Source: Eledone cirrhosa (lineage: Eukaryota). From it: a stretch of 64,000 nt of DNA. Shown piece by piece: positions 50,579 through 62,589 of this stretch. The translations under genes and the position numbers were made by a program. The notes beneath the pieces are model-generated. The model made no database searches. It was given only the letters and a program-made list of their open reading frames with translations, and was not told the origin of the DNA. The stretch's first letter is position 1, and each line of letters begins with the position of its first letter. Where the stretch lies: positions 321,656,001 through 321,720,000 of the forward strand of contig OZ024741.1 of assembly GCA_964016885.1 (NCBI GenBank). The letters are read 5' to 3'.

Positions 50579-52420
50579 CTGAAATTTCAGAAAAATATAT
50601 TATTTGTTCTCATTTTACAGTAATGTTTGAGAGACTTTGGCTTATTCACTCCCCCATTTCAAGACTATCCTTGTAACCAAACACCTACCCCACTCCCCTC
50701 CCCCAATAATATCCTTGACCATTCCCACACCCAACCATGCCAACATGGAGAGATGAATGCACCACCCTTAATGCACAGCCAAACATCACTGGCTCCCTTC
50801 TAAACCACCTCTCTTTCTCTCTCTTACCCCCACCCCTGACAAACAGCATGTAGCTACCCCACCACTACCTTTCACACCTGGCTGAGGATGACAAAATGAG
50901 TGCTCTAGTATAGAAAAGTGGTAGTGCTGTTCCCATAACAAAAAGCACCCAGTCTGCCCTGGAAATTCTGCCATGACAAAATGCACCCAATCAACTTTGT
51001 AAGTTGGTAGTAAGAGTCACAATAAAATGTTCCTAGTACATGCTGTAAAGTGGTTGGTGTTATGAAGGGTATCCAGCTGTAGAAAATAAGTGAAAAGCTA
51101 AACGTAAGAAGAAGACATAAGCACCTAACCAGTCTGGCCTTGTTACAAGACAATTCTTATAATCTATGCATCATGGAAAATAGTCATTAAATGGTGATGA
51201 TGATTGCTGAACAAGGACATGACAGCTTCCTTAGTGCTGGTGCCACAACCATACACTCTGTAATGTAATTGGTGTTTCGAAGGGCATCCAGCCCTAGAAA
51301 ACATACCAAAGGGTTTATAGCACTCTTCAGTTGTATGAAGGACATGACAACCTCCCTAGTACAGGTGCCGCGATTAAATGCACTAAGTACACTCTTCCCC
51401 ACCCGTTTCTTTACTTTCATCAGATATATACATTTACTTTAATATAGAAGTCTTACAGGAATTTGCCAGATAATGTAGTCCTAGATACCTTTAAAATAGA
51501 CGAGATGGACATGGCTGAAATGATTTTGATCGTAAGTCTAATTGGTGAGATTTTATTTTATTTTTTAGCCGATTGTGTAAATCGACAGAATATAAATTAA
51601 TATCAATTGAAAATGAGAAAGTTATCAATTTTCATATGAAGTATATGTAAATGTGTATACCCCATTTAAACTAACCTTTCGCCTCTGGAGAGTGCATTAC
51701 CCAGGAGGACGGCGAGGGAGACGCGCTGGAACAGCTACCTCGCGGGGCTCGCACATACAGGCAGCCAACTCAGCTCCGATAGCAGTCAGTAGGGATGTTG
51801 TCCGTGTGACACCTTCTCTAGTGGCAACTTGGTGCATTAGGCTACCAGCTCAGGCTTTGGGGCCCACCAGGCCGAAGAGGGCAAACTGCCTAAGTATCGG
51901 CCTCTCACTGATAGGTTTATGGTAGAGCTTATAGCAGTGGAGTCTTCCGGCGTTCTTGACCCAAGACCACATCCCTACTCACTGCTATTGGAGCAGAGTT
52001 TGCTGCCCACGAGTGCAAGCCCTGCGGGGGTGGTGTGACTGTTTTAGCGCGTCTCCCTCGCCATCCTCCGAGACAATACATTCTCATCCTGTCGAGCGAG
52101 AGGCAGAGGATAAGTTAGCTAGAGGTGGACGATACTCACAGATTTACATATACTTCATTGAAAATTGTATATTCAATTCTGATTGTTTAAACAACAACGA
52201 TTTAACACAACACGAAATTCTGCAATAACGAAGATGAAGGACTAGTGAGTAAACAACATGAAATGTTGGATATTTTGAAAAATCACTTCACTTTCTCCTC
52301 TAAATATCCTTGAGAAATACATTGAATATTACATAATTTTATTCATCTCTCTTGTAGAACGAATAAATTCTTAAATATATAACGGACATAGAGAAATAGT
52401 TTATAAAGAAAAAAAATTAC

Positions 52421-52541
52421 TTGCTTCCTTTTCATAGTATACATTCCCAAAATGATCTTTTCCAATTATTTGTTGCTGTTGTTTGACAGAATACAAAGAA
52501 TTTTTAAATAGTCCCCACATCCATTTTGCTCTCCGAGACAT
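52421..52541 (-). CDS. NDUFAF2: NDUFAF2 (mimitin, complex I assembly factor, NDUFA12-like) exon 1 (MSRRAKWMWGLFKNSLYSVKQQQQIIGKDHFGNVYYEKEA)
   Basis: AACATGT start; G-x-D-x-FGN-x-YY motif; basic N-terminus resembling a mitochondrial presequence; A|GTAATT donor. The six exons total 435 nt = 144 aa + stop. Confidence 0.9.
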
Positions 52542-52559
52542 GTTTTAGTCAGACACACA

Positions 52560-52600
52560 CTATTTGTTTACTTCCTGTTTAGAGTTATCTCCCCTTGTTC
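52560..52600 (-). promoter_or_regulatory. Proximal promoter/5'UTR of NDUFAF2 with an ETS-like site
   Basis: ACTTCCTG (CAGGAAGT) at 52570-52577 and AGAGTTATCTCCCCTT at 52581-52596, 30-55 bp upstream of the ATG. Confidence 0.4.
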
Positions 52601-52959
52601 TGAAAAACTTTTGAATCATATTAAATAATTTAATAAATTTACAGAAAAACAGAAAATTGTTCTTTTATCCAGGTTTTTGTTTGTGCTCTCAACGAATTTG
52701 ACCTTCAAATCATTCGGAAACAACTCTTTTCATTATTTTTTTTTTTTAGAAAAAGGAGGTAGGGTGGAGTTTCCTTTACAATAATTTTTTCCCCCAAAGT
52801 TTTTCATGCTTTCAACCAATCTAACTTAGAAATTATTCGCCTTTTAGTTAACTGTACCTCACGATAAATGTCCGAAGGTTCGGGCAGCGGTGGGGCTACG
52901 GTTAGTGTTAGTATGTGTGTGTGTGTGTATATATATATATTAGGTTGTATATATATATA

Positions 52960-55195
52960 TCATCATCATCGTTTAACGTCCATATTCCACGCTTGCATGG
53001 GTTTGGACGGGAGTTTTCCCACTTGAGGCAAGAGTGGTTGTCTTGCTCGCATAGGACTGTCTGGCGGGTTTTCTACAGCTGGATGCCCTTCCTAACACCA
53101 ACCACATTTACAGTGTGGGATTGGGAGGTTTTTACTGTGTTACCTACACGGCCACATTACAGCGTGGACTGTGTGTTTTTTTGTCGTGACACCTATACGA
53201 CCTCATTTGTCTTTGAAAGGGGCGGTGGGGGTGGTGGGACGGGGGTGTATTTTGTTAGAGGTGCCTACTGACTGTAGTAGGTTTTACTTTGTATTTAGGT
53301 AAGGCGGGTCTTCTCTATTACTGAGCACCGCCAAAGATCTCGGTCCAGTGACATTGTCTTGGAGAGGTGTAAGTGTGTGAGGTCGGAATTTATCAGGTCG
53401 TCCCAGGTTTTTCTGGGTCTGCCTACTCCGTGGCTACCGTCTATCTTTATTGCCCTGCACTTTTTTATACAGCTGTCGTCTTTCATGCGCATCACGTGAC
53501 CATACCAACGTAGCCCTCTCTCGAGTAAACATCTGATCCCTCTTATTTCTAATTTTTCCCTTAGTTCGTTAATGCTTTGCCGTTCACGTATATTACTATT
53601 ACACATCCAGCGGAGCATGCAAGCTTCGTTCCTCTCTAGTCTGCGTATATCCTCTGCACACAATGCCCAGGTCTCACTGCCATGCAACATTGCTGTTCGT
53701 ATGCAGGCATCATACAACCTGCCTTTCATTTTTAGGGAGAACCCTTTAGCGGCTAATAGTGGTATAAGCTCTCTTAACTTTTTCCATCCAGTTCTGACTC
53801 TAGCTACTGTACTTTCAGAGCACCCTCCCCCACTGCTGATTTTGTCACCCAGGTAACGGAAGCTGTCCACTATTTCTATAGAACCCTCTGCGTAATTGAA
53901 AGAGCTAGTATTTTTGGGGCACTTGCTGCTACTTATTGCACCAGAGCACCGGCCACATGTAAAATCTATGTTCTTAGTTAGCTTACCTGTGATCCCACTA
54001 CATCTTTTATGCACCCATACTTTGCATTTGGGACATAAAATGGAGTTTCTACCTATGCCTTTCCTACACACTGAGCATGGCCATTTCCCGGAAGGGGCCG
54101 GCGCCTTATTTTCTTTCCTACAAACTAGAACTTTAGTCTTAGCCAGGTTAATTTTAAGGCCTTTTGATTCTAGGCCGTGCTTCCATGTTTGGAATTTCTT
54201 CTCTAGCTCAGCCATTGATTCAGCTATGAGCGTTAGATCATCTGCGTATAGGAGTTCACATGGGCAGCCGGTCTTGAACTCCACTGTTATAGCCTGAAGG
54301 GCAATAATAAATAGTAGGGGGCTAAGAACAGAGCCCTGATGAATGCCAACTTTTACGCTAAACTCTTCACTATATTCGTTGTTAATTCTAACCTTGCTGA
54401 CTGTTTCTTTATACATGGCTTGTATAGCTCTCACAAGCCATTCATCAACACCTAGTTTTCTAAGAGCCCACCAGATAATGGAACAGGGGACTCTGTTGAA
54501 GGCTTTCTCCAAGTCGACAAAAGCTAAGTATAGGGGTTTACTTTTAGCTAGGTACTTCTCCTGTAGTTGTCGTACAATGAAAAGAGCGTCTGTGGTACTT
54601 TTGCCTGACACAAACCCGAACTGCACTTCATGTAGATCAATTCTCTCTCTGATTAGTTGTGCTATTACTTTTTCCGTGACCTTCATGACCTGGTCGATTA
54701 ATTTAATGCCTCTATAGTTACTCCTATCTAGGTTTGATTGCCTTACTTATTATACTACCTTCGACTAACACTGCTGGTCCCTCTATTGGGTCGATGTGGG
54801 GAGACTGTCTTTCTCCCATCTATTCTCCTCATTTAGTAGCCTTTCGTAGTGACACTTCCAAGCTACCTTCTTATCAGCGTCAGTGATGGCAAGTATGCCA
54901 TCATCATTAAGTACACACTTCTCCCCGACAATATCACGGTTTTCCTTGACACATTGCCTAGCAATCCTGAACACCTCACGTTTTTGGTCCTCGCGTTGTA
55001 GAACATGCTTGAACTTTCTTTCCTCTGCTTCCCTTCTTGCGAAGTACACTTGTCTCCTAGCTTCCCTCCTGGCCACTTGATAGTCTTCTCTACTTCCCCC
55101 ATCCCGCCATACTTTCCAAGCCTACTTTTTGGCCTTAATTGACTCCTCCACCTTACTTTTCCACCACCATGTTACTCTCCTCCTGGCTATAGGCC
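52960..55195 (-). mobile_element. RTE LINE (family A), 5'-truncated, RT with YADD and an internal PHD finger
   Basis: ORF 53295..54686: QFGF, AFVDLEKAF, QGSVLSP, YADD, FRYLG, HGSETW; upstream piece 54783..55076 separated by a rearrangement; 3' end GGACGTTAAACGATGATGATG. Confidence 0.95.
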
Positions 55196-55200
55196 TGCTC

Positions 55201-55550
55201 TTAATATTAATTCAAATATTAACAAAATAGATATTCTTGTGATCAATTAAATTTTATTATACATATTTCAGAGGTACTTGAATCAGGTTCAACAGTACAT
55301 CCTCATCAGATAAAATAAAATGATACATGACATACCCTGAGATGTTAGATGGTTAAGATTTAATCAAGGTAGTTTTAAAGGTAGTGATTAAATCTTAACC
55401 ATCTAACATCTTAGGGTATGTCATGTATCATTTTATTTGATCTGATGAGGACGTACTGTTGAACCTGATTCAAGTACCTCTGTAACATGTATGATTGAAT
55501 TTAATTGATCACAAGAATATCTATTTTGTTAATATTTGAATTAATATTAA
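55201..55550. repeat. Long palindrome (166-bp arms, 18-nt spacer) with hammerhead motif
   Basis: Arms 55201-55366 and 55385-55550; tail containing gagtgcttccaatct (cf. gagtgcttctaatct at 33740), then (TA)n. Confidence 0.9.
55251..55316 (-). ncRNA. Minimal type-I hammerhead ribozyme (intact in left arm; GAAA->GTAA in right arm)
   Basis: Minus strand: attttat CTGATGA ggatgtac-tgttgaacctgattcaa-gtacctct GAAA tatgt ATA ataaaat. Confidence 0.72.
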
Positions 55551-56245
55551 TAACTCTGGAAAATATTTAACTGTAGAGTGCTTCCAATCTACTGTAAAAC
55601 TCATTCTTTGATGTACTCATTGAATCTTGTTTTACTCTTTAATATATATATATATGTCAGGTCACCAGTTGGTGCTACTGGTAACATGTATCCCAGTACA
55701 ACCTGTCTCATGGTTTCTTTGTGAGGAGGGTGACTTTGGACATCCTGCAGGACTAAAACCAAAACCTGTCAAAGGGCAAAGGAGTTCTTAAGAGTCAATG
55801 GCCATCCAAAATCACCGGGAGAGATGACCCCTTAGCCTTTGTCAAGGCAAAATTCTAGGAGAAGGAAAACTCTGATATAACACCTGCAACCCTGATGGTA
55901 TCCAATGATGTTGACTTGTTCTTCTTTTTGGTAAATATCATCTTGGTCAAGAGAGTGGGACTGGCTTTGTGCAGTGCCTTTGCTCACTATAAAAGCTTCA
56001 CAGCACAGGCATTGCTTTATATCTGGAGATCTCTCTGCACTTGTCGTCACATGGTACCATGGGCCCAGCACTATGTGACAATAATTGTCACAAGTGTAGT
56101 GTTTGTACCAGAGTTTTCAAGTCGCTGGCTGGACTAAAATGTCACACTCGTTCAGCGCATCGGTAGGGGTTCTTCTACATGGATATAAAGTAGTGGCCGT
56201 ACTCGAAAATGAGTTGGCAGCTACCATATATATATATATATATAT

Positions 56246-56630
56246 ATAAATTAATAAAATAATGAATAAACAAAGAAACAGTTCCTTATATTAAAAAAAT
56301 TCATCATTTTACGATCGTTTCTAGGATATATATGTGTTAGAGTTGGTATGCATATTCTATAGATCTATGTACAATATTTATACAAACTATCAGAGGGAAT
56401 ATACATACCTACACATATATATGCTGTCTTCAGAAATTATTTCTGAAGACAGCATATATATGTGTAGGTATGTATATTCCCTCTGATAGTTTGTATAAAT
56501 ATTGTACATAGATCTATAGAATATGCATACCAACTCTAACACATATATATCCTAGAAACGATCGTAAAATGATGAATTTTTTTAATATAAGGAACTGTTT
56601 CTTTGTTTATTCATTATTTTATTAATTTAT
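56246..56630. repeat. Apparently perfect palindrome, 192-bp arms, 1-nt spacer (centre 56438), inserted in (TA)n
   Basis: ...gctgtcttcagaaat-t-atttctgaagacagc...; no mismatch found by eye; unique tail 56631-56765, then (TA)n. Confidence 0.92.
56437..56572 (+). ncRNA. Putative hammerhead ribozyme with extended stem II
   Basis: ttattt CTGAAGA (56443-56449) ... about 105-nt stem II closed by atatatatgtgt/acacatatatat ... GAAAC GATC GTA (56555-56566) aaatga; the base of stem II is mismatched. Confidence 0.55.
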
Positions 56631-56787
56631 CTTGACTCTGTTTTCCGTTTATTTTTCACCGAAAGTAGTTTTTGAATGCATCTTCTCTTTTCATGATATC
56701 CGGATTACATTGAGTTCTTCATACGGATTGGACACAACCGTAAACTTTTGGTAGATTTATCTACATATATATATATATATATATATA

Positions 56788-57600
56788 TTAGGTTGTCGGG
56801 GAAAGTCCTGAGCGTTTTTAAAATATGCAAAAAGGGATATAAATAATTGACCTTTCAATAAATTTATTCAATAAAATAATTTCCATTATTATTAATGACC
56901 TTTTCCCATCTATCAAGCAATTTAAATCTTCCATCAGCATAAAATTTGACTGGTTTTGAAGAAAAAAAAGTTATCTAGATGCATTTTGACCCCATCTAAA
57001 TCGTTAAATGTTTTTCCTTGCAATGAGTTCTGTAGAGACAGAAACAAGTGGTAGTCAGATGGCGCAATATCAGGAGAATATGGTGGATGGTGTAAGAGAT
57101 CCCAACCAAGTTCATGTAACTTTGTTCAGGTAGCCAAACAACACATGTGGTCGGGCATTGTCTTCTTGGAACACTACCCTTTTCCTGTTGGCAATCTCCG
57201 GCCTCAATTTTATTGATTTTTTGGATCAAATTAGCCAGCTGATGACAGTACACATCAGAATTAATGGTCTGGTTTTATGGGAGAAGCTCATAATAAATAA
57301 TGCTTTTATGAACCCACCAAACACAAAGCATAGCTTTTTTTGGCATGGATATTCATCTTTGGTTGCTGTTTTTGAGGATCCTTACGCAAACTCCAGGATA
57401 TTTTTCGTACACAATCCATTTTTCATCTCCAGTCACAAGTTGTTTAAAAAAAGGCATACTTTCATTCCGTTTCAAAAGCATATCACAAATGGAATACTGG
57501 TTCAAGCAATTCGTTTCTGAGCGTTTGTGAGGGACCCATACATTATAGCAAGAAATGTATTCTAGCTTCATTAGGTGTTCATGAGCTGTACTTTTAGAAA
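56788..57600 (-). mobile_element. Decayed mariner DNA transposon
   Basis: ta|ttaggttgtcggggaaagt mariner-like TIR; reverse strand FFKQLVTGDEKWIVY (first catalytic D) and HHILLILRHL frameshifted HPPYSPDLAP-type region. Confidence 0.8.
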
Positions 57601-58315
57601 CCTATTTTTGTCTCAGTACTGAGTGAATAAATATCACTGATGAAAGATAAAAATCTAGAAACAGCTGTCTAGCATTCTCACCACCTAATGAGATATCATT
57701 GACACAATCACTGCTTAAAAATTTCATAGCAAGACTCTTGTATGTTTATTATACATAAATATATCGTATATGCTTTCATACACCTCTCTTATGAAGCATG
57801 CTATGTTAGTACTACTGATAACACACACACATATGTAGTGTGTATAAATAGTATTGGTTGATGTTGACCGAATATATTCAAATGTAATGGGATTTTAATT
57901 TGCTGTGTTGTTAAATGAATTGGTCAGTGGTTCATTGTGGTGTAGCAGGAATTTATAGCAGTAACCATTGGCTTGATGGGTGAATGTGTAAGTTGATCTT
58001 TCCCATATAGCGCCGTGTTGAATGCTGTAGTGAATGAACGATAAACAAGAGCTGCTACTTAATTTTATTAATGAATAACTTGCTTCAAAGTTATTGTGAT
58101 AATATAGGAAAAACAACACAGTCATATTAAAATTATATCATTGTTTGTGTTATGTTTGGTGTGGATGTTTGTAGTAGTAAAAATTGTACATAACTAACCT
58201 TTATACAGTGACTCATCACTCTTACTAAATCCGCAATTAGTATGTTAGAGGGATGAGGAATGTGTCCCGCATGTGCAATACTAAAGAATTAGAGAGATAC
58301 ATACAACAATTTGTC

Positions 58316-60311
58316 CATCATCATCATCATCATTTTACGTCCGCTTTTCCCTGCTTGCAAGGGTGGGACGGGTCTTATTCAGCACAGCATCTCTCCACTT
58401 GTCACGGTCCTTCGTCATCTCCACCGTGATCTTCAGCGATCTGAGGTCTGTTCTCAGCACTTCCGCCCATGTTTTTAGTGGTCTACCTTTACCACGTCTT
58501 CCTTCAACTGGCATTTCCTGGCACTTCTTCACCCATCGGTCATCCTCCATGCGCATCACATGTCCATGCCACCTCAGTCTCCTCTCTCGCACAGTACATT
58601 CTATCCCTCTCAGACACAGTTTATCTCTCAACACATTCATGCTGGGTTGTTCACGCACATTGACATTGCACATCCAACGGAGCATGCTTGCCTCATTTCT
58701 CTCCAGCCATCGCATATCCTCTGCAGTTGCTGCCCATGTCTCACTACCATGCAGCATCGCGCTCCTCACACAGGCATCATATAACTGGCCTTTCGTACGC
58801 AGGGAGAAACCCTTCTTCGTCAGCAGAGGAAGCAGCTCCCTAAACTTCTTCCAACCCGTCCTTATTCTAGATACTATGGCCTCGGAACACCCCCCTCCCA
58901 TGCTAATCTGATCTCCTAGGTACCGGAAGCTATCCACCACTTCTATAGCACCTGCCTGCATTTGTCTATCAATGCGACTTCTACTGTCTAATTTCCCTGT
59001 ACATCTACTGCATACGTATTTCTCCCTACCTGTTAGTTTGCCTGCTATCCCACTACATCTCTTGTGTACCCAGGATCTGCATTGTGTGCATTTTATAGAA
59101 TTTATGCCAGTTCCTTTTCTGCATATCAAACATGGCCATTTCCCTGACGGAATTGGAGTTTTGTCCTCTTTTCTACTTATCAACACTTTTGTCTTAGCTA
59201 GGTTCACTCTCAGTCTTCTTGCTTCCAACTCCTGTTTCCATAGCCAGAATTTATTCTCTAGCTCCTCTACTGATTCTGCTATAAGAACCAGATCTTCAGC
59301 ATAGAGAAGTTTCCATGGACAGCCAGTCTTAAACTCCTCTGTTATGGCTTGGAGGACTATAATGAACAAGAGCGGGCTGAGGACCGAACCTTGATGTACT
59401 CCTATTTGTATCTGGAATTCCTCACTAAACTCCATTCCTACCCTGACTTTACTGACAGTACCTCTGTACAAAGTTTGCACTGTCCTCAAGCCATTCCTCA
59501 ACACCTAGTTTCCTTAGGGACCACCAGATGACAGATCGGGGTACCCTATCAAAGGCCTTCTCTAGGTCAACAAAGGCTAAGTATAGTGGCTTATTCTTCT
59601 CTAAGAACCTCTCTTGTAATTGTCTCACCAAGAAGCGGGCATCTGTTGTACTTTTCCTAGGCACAAAACCAAACTGCATCTCATCTAGTTTGACCCTTTC
59701 TCTAATTAGTTGTGCTAATATCCTTTCTGCCACTTTCATAACCTGATCCATCAGTTTTATACCCCTATAATTGCTCCTTTCCAGAGCATCCCCTTTACCT
59801 TTGTAGCAATTTATGAGAATACTGCTGCACCAATCTTTGGGTATGACACCACCATATATAGCCTGATTGATGATACGTGCAACCAGTTTAGTGCCTACGT
59901 CCCCTGATGCCTTCAGCACCTCAGCAACTATCCCCGACGGTCCAGCAGCCTTACCATTTTTAATTTCCTTAATCGCCTCTTGGACCCTATATTCGTCAAT
60001 CTCAATAGCTGGTCCCTCTGTCGGATCTACTAAGGGTAATTTCTCTCTGTCCCATTCGTTCTCCACATTCATCAGTCTCTCATAATGACATTTCCAGGCC
60101 TCCTTTTTCTGATCATTCGTGACACTAAGTACACTGGCATCATTCCGGACATATTTATCTCCAACAACATCCTGATTTGCATTGACACACTGCCTTGCAA
60201 TATGGAACACCGCACGTCTTTGACCTTCCCGTCGCAGAACATTGGCAAACCTCCTACTCTCAGCCTCCCTGCGTGCTAAGTACACCTGACGTCTAGCTTC
60301 TCCCTTAGCGG
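58316..60311 (-). mobile_element. RTE LINE (family B), 5'-truncated, one frameshift near 59480, PHD finger in RT
   Basis: ORFs 59449..60360 and 58335..59504: NYRGIKL, MQFGF, DLEKAFD, QGSVLSP, YAED, FRYLG; stop directly followed by (ATG)n tail. Confidence 0.95.
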
Positions 60312-60624
60312 CTGTATGTAATAATAGTAAATCACTATAAATAATACTTGAGAAATTCAAACTTGTCAGTGCTCTACCAGCACCCTAAACTAAAAGATGG
60401 TGGCTCACTAAAAAAACATTGAGATAAAAATTATATCTACACGCTGAACAAATGTAATGCTCAGACAGATAAAGGAAGCCACACAAGAGAAAGTAAACCC
60501 ACATCCAATAGAAAGAATGAATGGAATAACAATAACCCCACAACCTAGAGACTGATGACAATATAAGGACACATAAGAATTAATCGGAATTGGTGCACTG
60601 ACAGACATAAACTCACCCTCCAAG

Positions 60625-60939
60625 CCCAGTGCTTGTGCAGCCCTCTCTTCCTTTAGTTGTCATAGCCCTGTTCTTATACAGCCCTCTCACTCTTTAGCTA
60701 TCACAGACCTCTCCCCTCTAGCTATTACAGTCCAATGCTTGTAATCCCTAGGCCCCTCTAGCTGTCACAGTCCAGTGCTTGTACAGCCTCTTCCACACTG
60801 TCACAGTCCAGTGCTTGTATAACCCTTTCCCTCTAGCTGTCATATCCCAATGCTTGTACATCCCTCTCCCCTTTAACTGTCACAGTTCACTTCTTGTACA
60901 TCCGTCTCCCCTCTAGTTGTCACAGCCCAATGCTTATAC

Positions 60940-61003
<64 letters not shown>

Positions 61004-61080
61004 GCTTCCACAGTTCACTATTCATACAACACACTGTTCCTCTAGCTGCCACATCCCAATGTGTGTACACTCCCCCTTTC
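60625..61080. repeat. About 41-bp minisatellite (ctagctgtcacagtccagtgcttgtacagccctctccc) with embedded (CT)n
   Basis: About 9-10 diverged units read directly. Confidence 0.8.
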
Positions 61081-61832
61081 TCAAGCTGGATGTTAAGAGT
61101 TTACTGTCTTTAATTTTATTATCTTCAAAATTTTATGAGAGTACATATTTGATGTTGTTTGTCAAGTGTACATATTGGATGATATTGTTTAGAGTATAAA
61201 GTGGAATTTGTGTAAAGCACACATTGAAAGTTATCTGTATAGAGTACATATTTGACAGTATTAGCTAGAGCACACATTGAATTATGTTTAGGGTATAAAG
61301 TGGAGGTTGTTGTCTAGAGTACTCACTAGATGATGTTTGTATAAAGTACATATTGGAGGATGTTTTCCCTAAGGAAGGCAATATGATCATTGTTGGAATG
61401 ATCTCTGACCATAGGTCTGTCTCAAAAATTTAACAAAATTCTTGTGACTATTTTAAGTATTAATCCTTTAGCATTTAAACCGGCCATGTCCAGCCAGAAT
61501 ACTTTCTTTCTATTCAAACTGAGCCTAACTGGCCACTCATACTAATGTTAAGCTATTGTTCTCAAAATAAATAATATCAAAACCTCATAGATTCAATATT
61601 GTGTGAGATAAGTATGTGAGGTAAAGCCTTTACCACGAAAATACAATTGTACATATAGAGTAATGTTAATGCTAAAGGATTAAACTTGGTAAAGCCAGGT
61701 AATGCTGTTAGTTTATTATAAATTGAAGTTGCAAAAAATAATAATCAAAATATTTTATTTGTTGATTCAAAGGGAAATGTCATTTTAAAACAAATGTAAA
61801 CTAGACAAGGAAATCCAAGCAACACTTGTAAA

Positions 61833-61996
61833 TTAGTACAGAGTATCTTTTTCTTTGTTAATATCTGATTCAAGTTTCTCAAGGATCAATCTTGTGGCAC
61901 ACTGAACTGCAGCCATTTGGGTTGGTTTTACACATGAGCGGGAAGTTCCTGTAACAGCTTCAGTGACATCTGCTTTACAGTAAACTATATTGTCAA
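61833..61996 (-). CDS. Probable terminal coding exon of an unidentified gene (DNIVYCKADVTEAVTGTSRSCVKPTQMAAVQCATRLILEKLESDINKEKDTLY*)
   Basis: tttttgtctattccag| acceptor, 164 nt phase-1 open frame to TAA, non-repetitive protein-like composition, AATAAA about 75 nt downstream; upstream exons not found in the window. Confidence 0.55.
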
Positions 61997-62589
61997 CTGG
62001 AATAGACAAAAACAAAAACATCAAACAACTACAATACCTTCTTCCTCCCATCATCATCACTTTAACTACCACCACATCCACCTCTTTATTTCTTACTCTG
62101 CTGTGTTCGCCAACAGAATTACTCACCAGACTATTACTCTGCAGGTGCAGGACAGTGGAAAGAGTGCAACATATCCAGACTGTCATACTGCATCACATAC
62201 TATTTATCATTGCAAGTCTTAGAGAGCAGTATGGATCTTCAATGAGGTAGAGACATGGTATAACTGCAAAAATATATCTGTAGGTTGTTAGTAGATGATC
62301 AAACAACTATCTGTGTATCATAGGTTTGCTTGATTGGAACTGACCTGAGGCTACACAGCAAGGGCTACTAGATCAATTTAATAAAATTAGCACAAAAATG
62401 TCAAATAGTAGCATATTACAATAGAAAGAAGTCCAAAATTAAAATGTTGCTACTAAATATATATGTATACAAATTATAGACTAACTAGTTTAATACTGAT
62501 ATACATAGCTTCTACTACAGTAGTAAAGCACTCTTCACACTACTAACCCAGCACCACCGGGGCCCGTTTCCACATCTCACAATAATTAA

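Noticed and set aside
57830-58200. Possible further Penelope RT remnant (also 60400-60620)
   Set aside because: Too decayed to support with recognisable motifs by eye.
52960-60311. Autonomous, active LINE copies
   Set aside because: Both lack the N-terminal AP endonuclease; one has an internal rearrangement, the other a frameshift and YAED instead of YADD.
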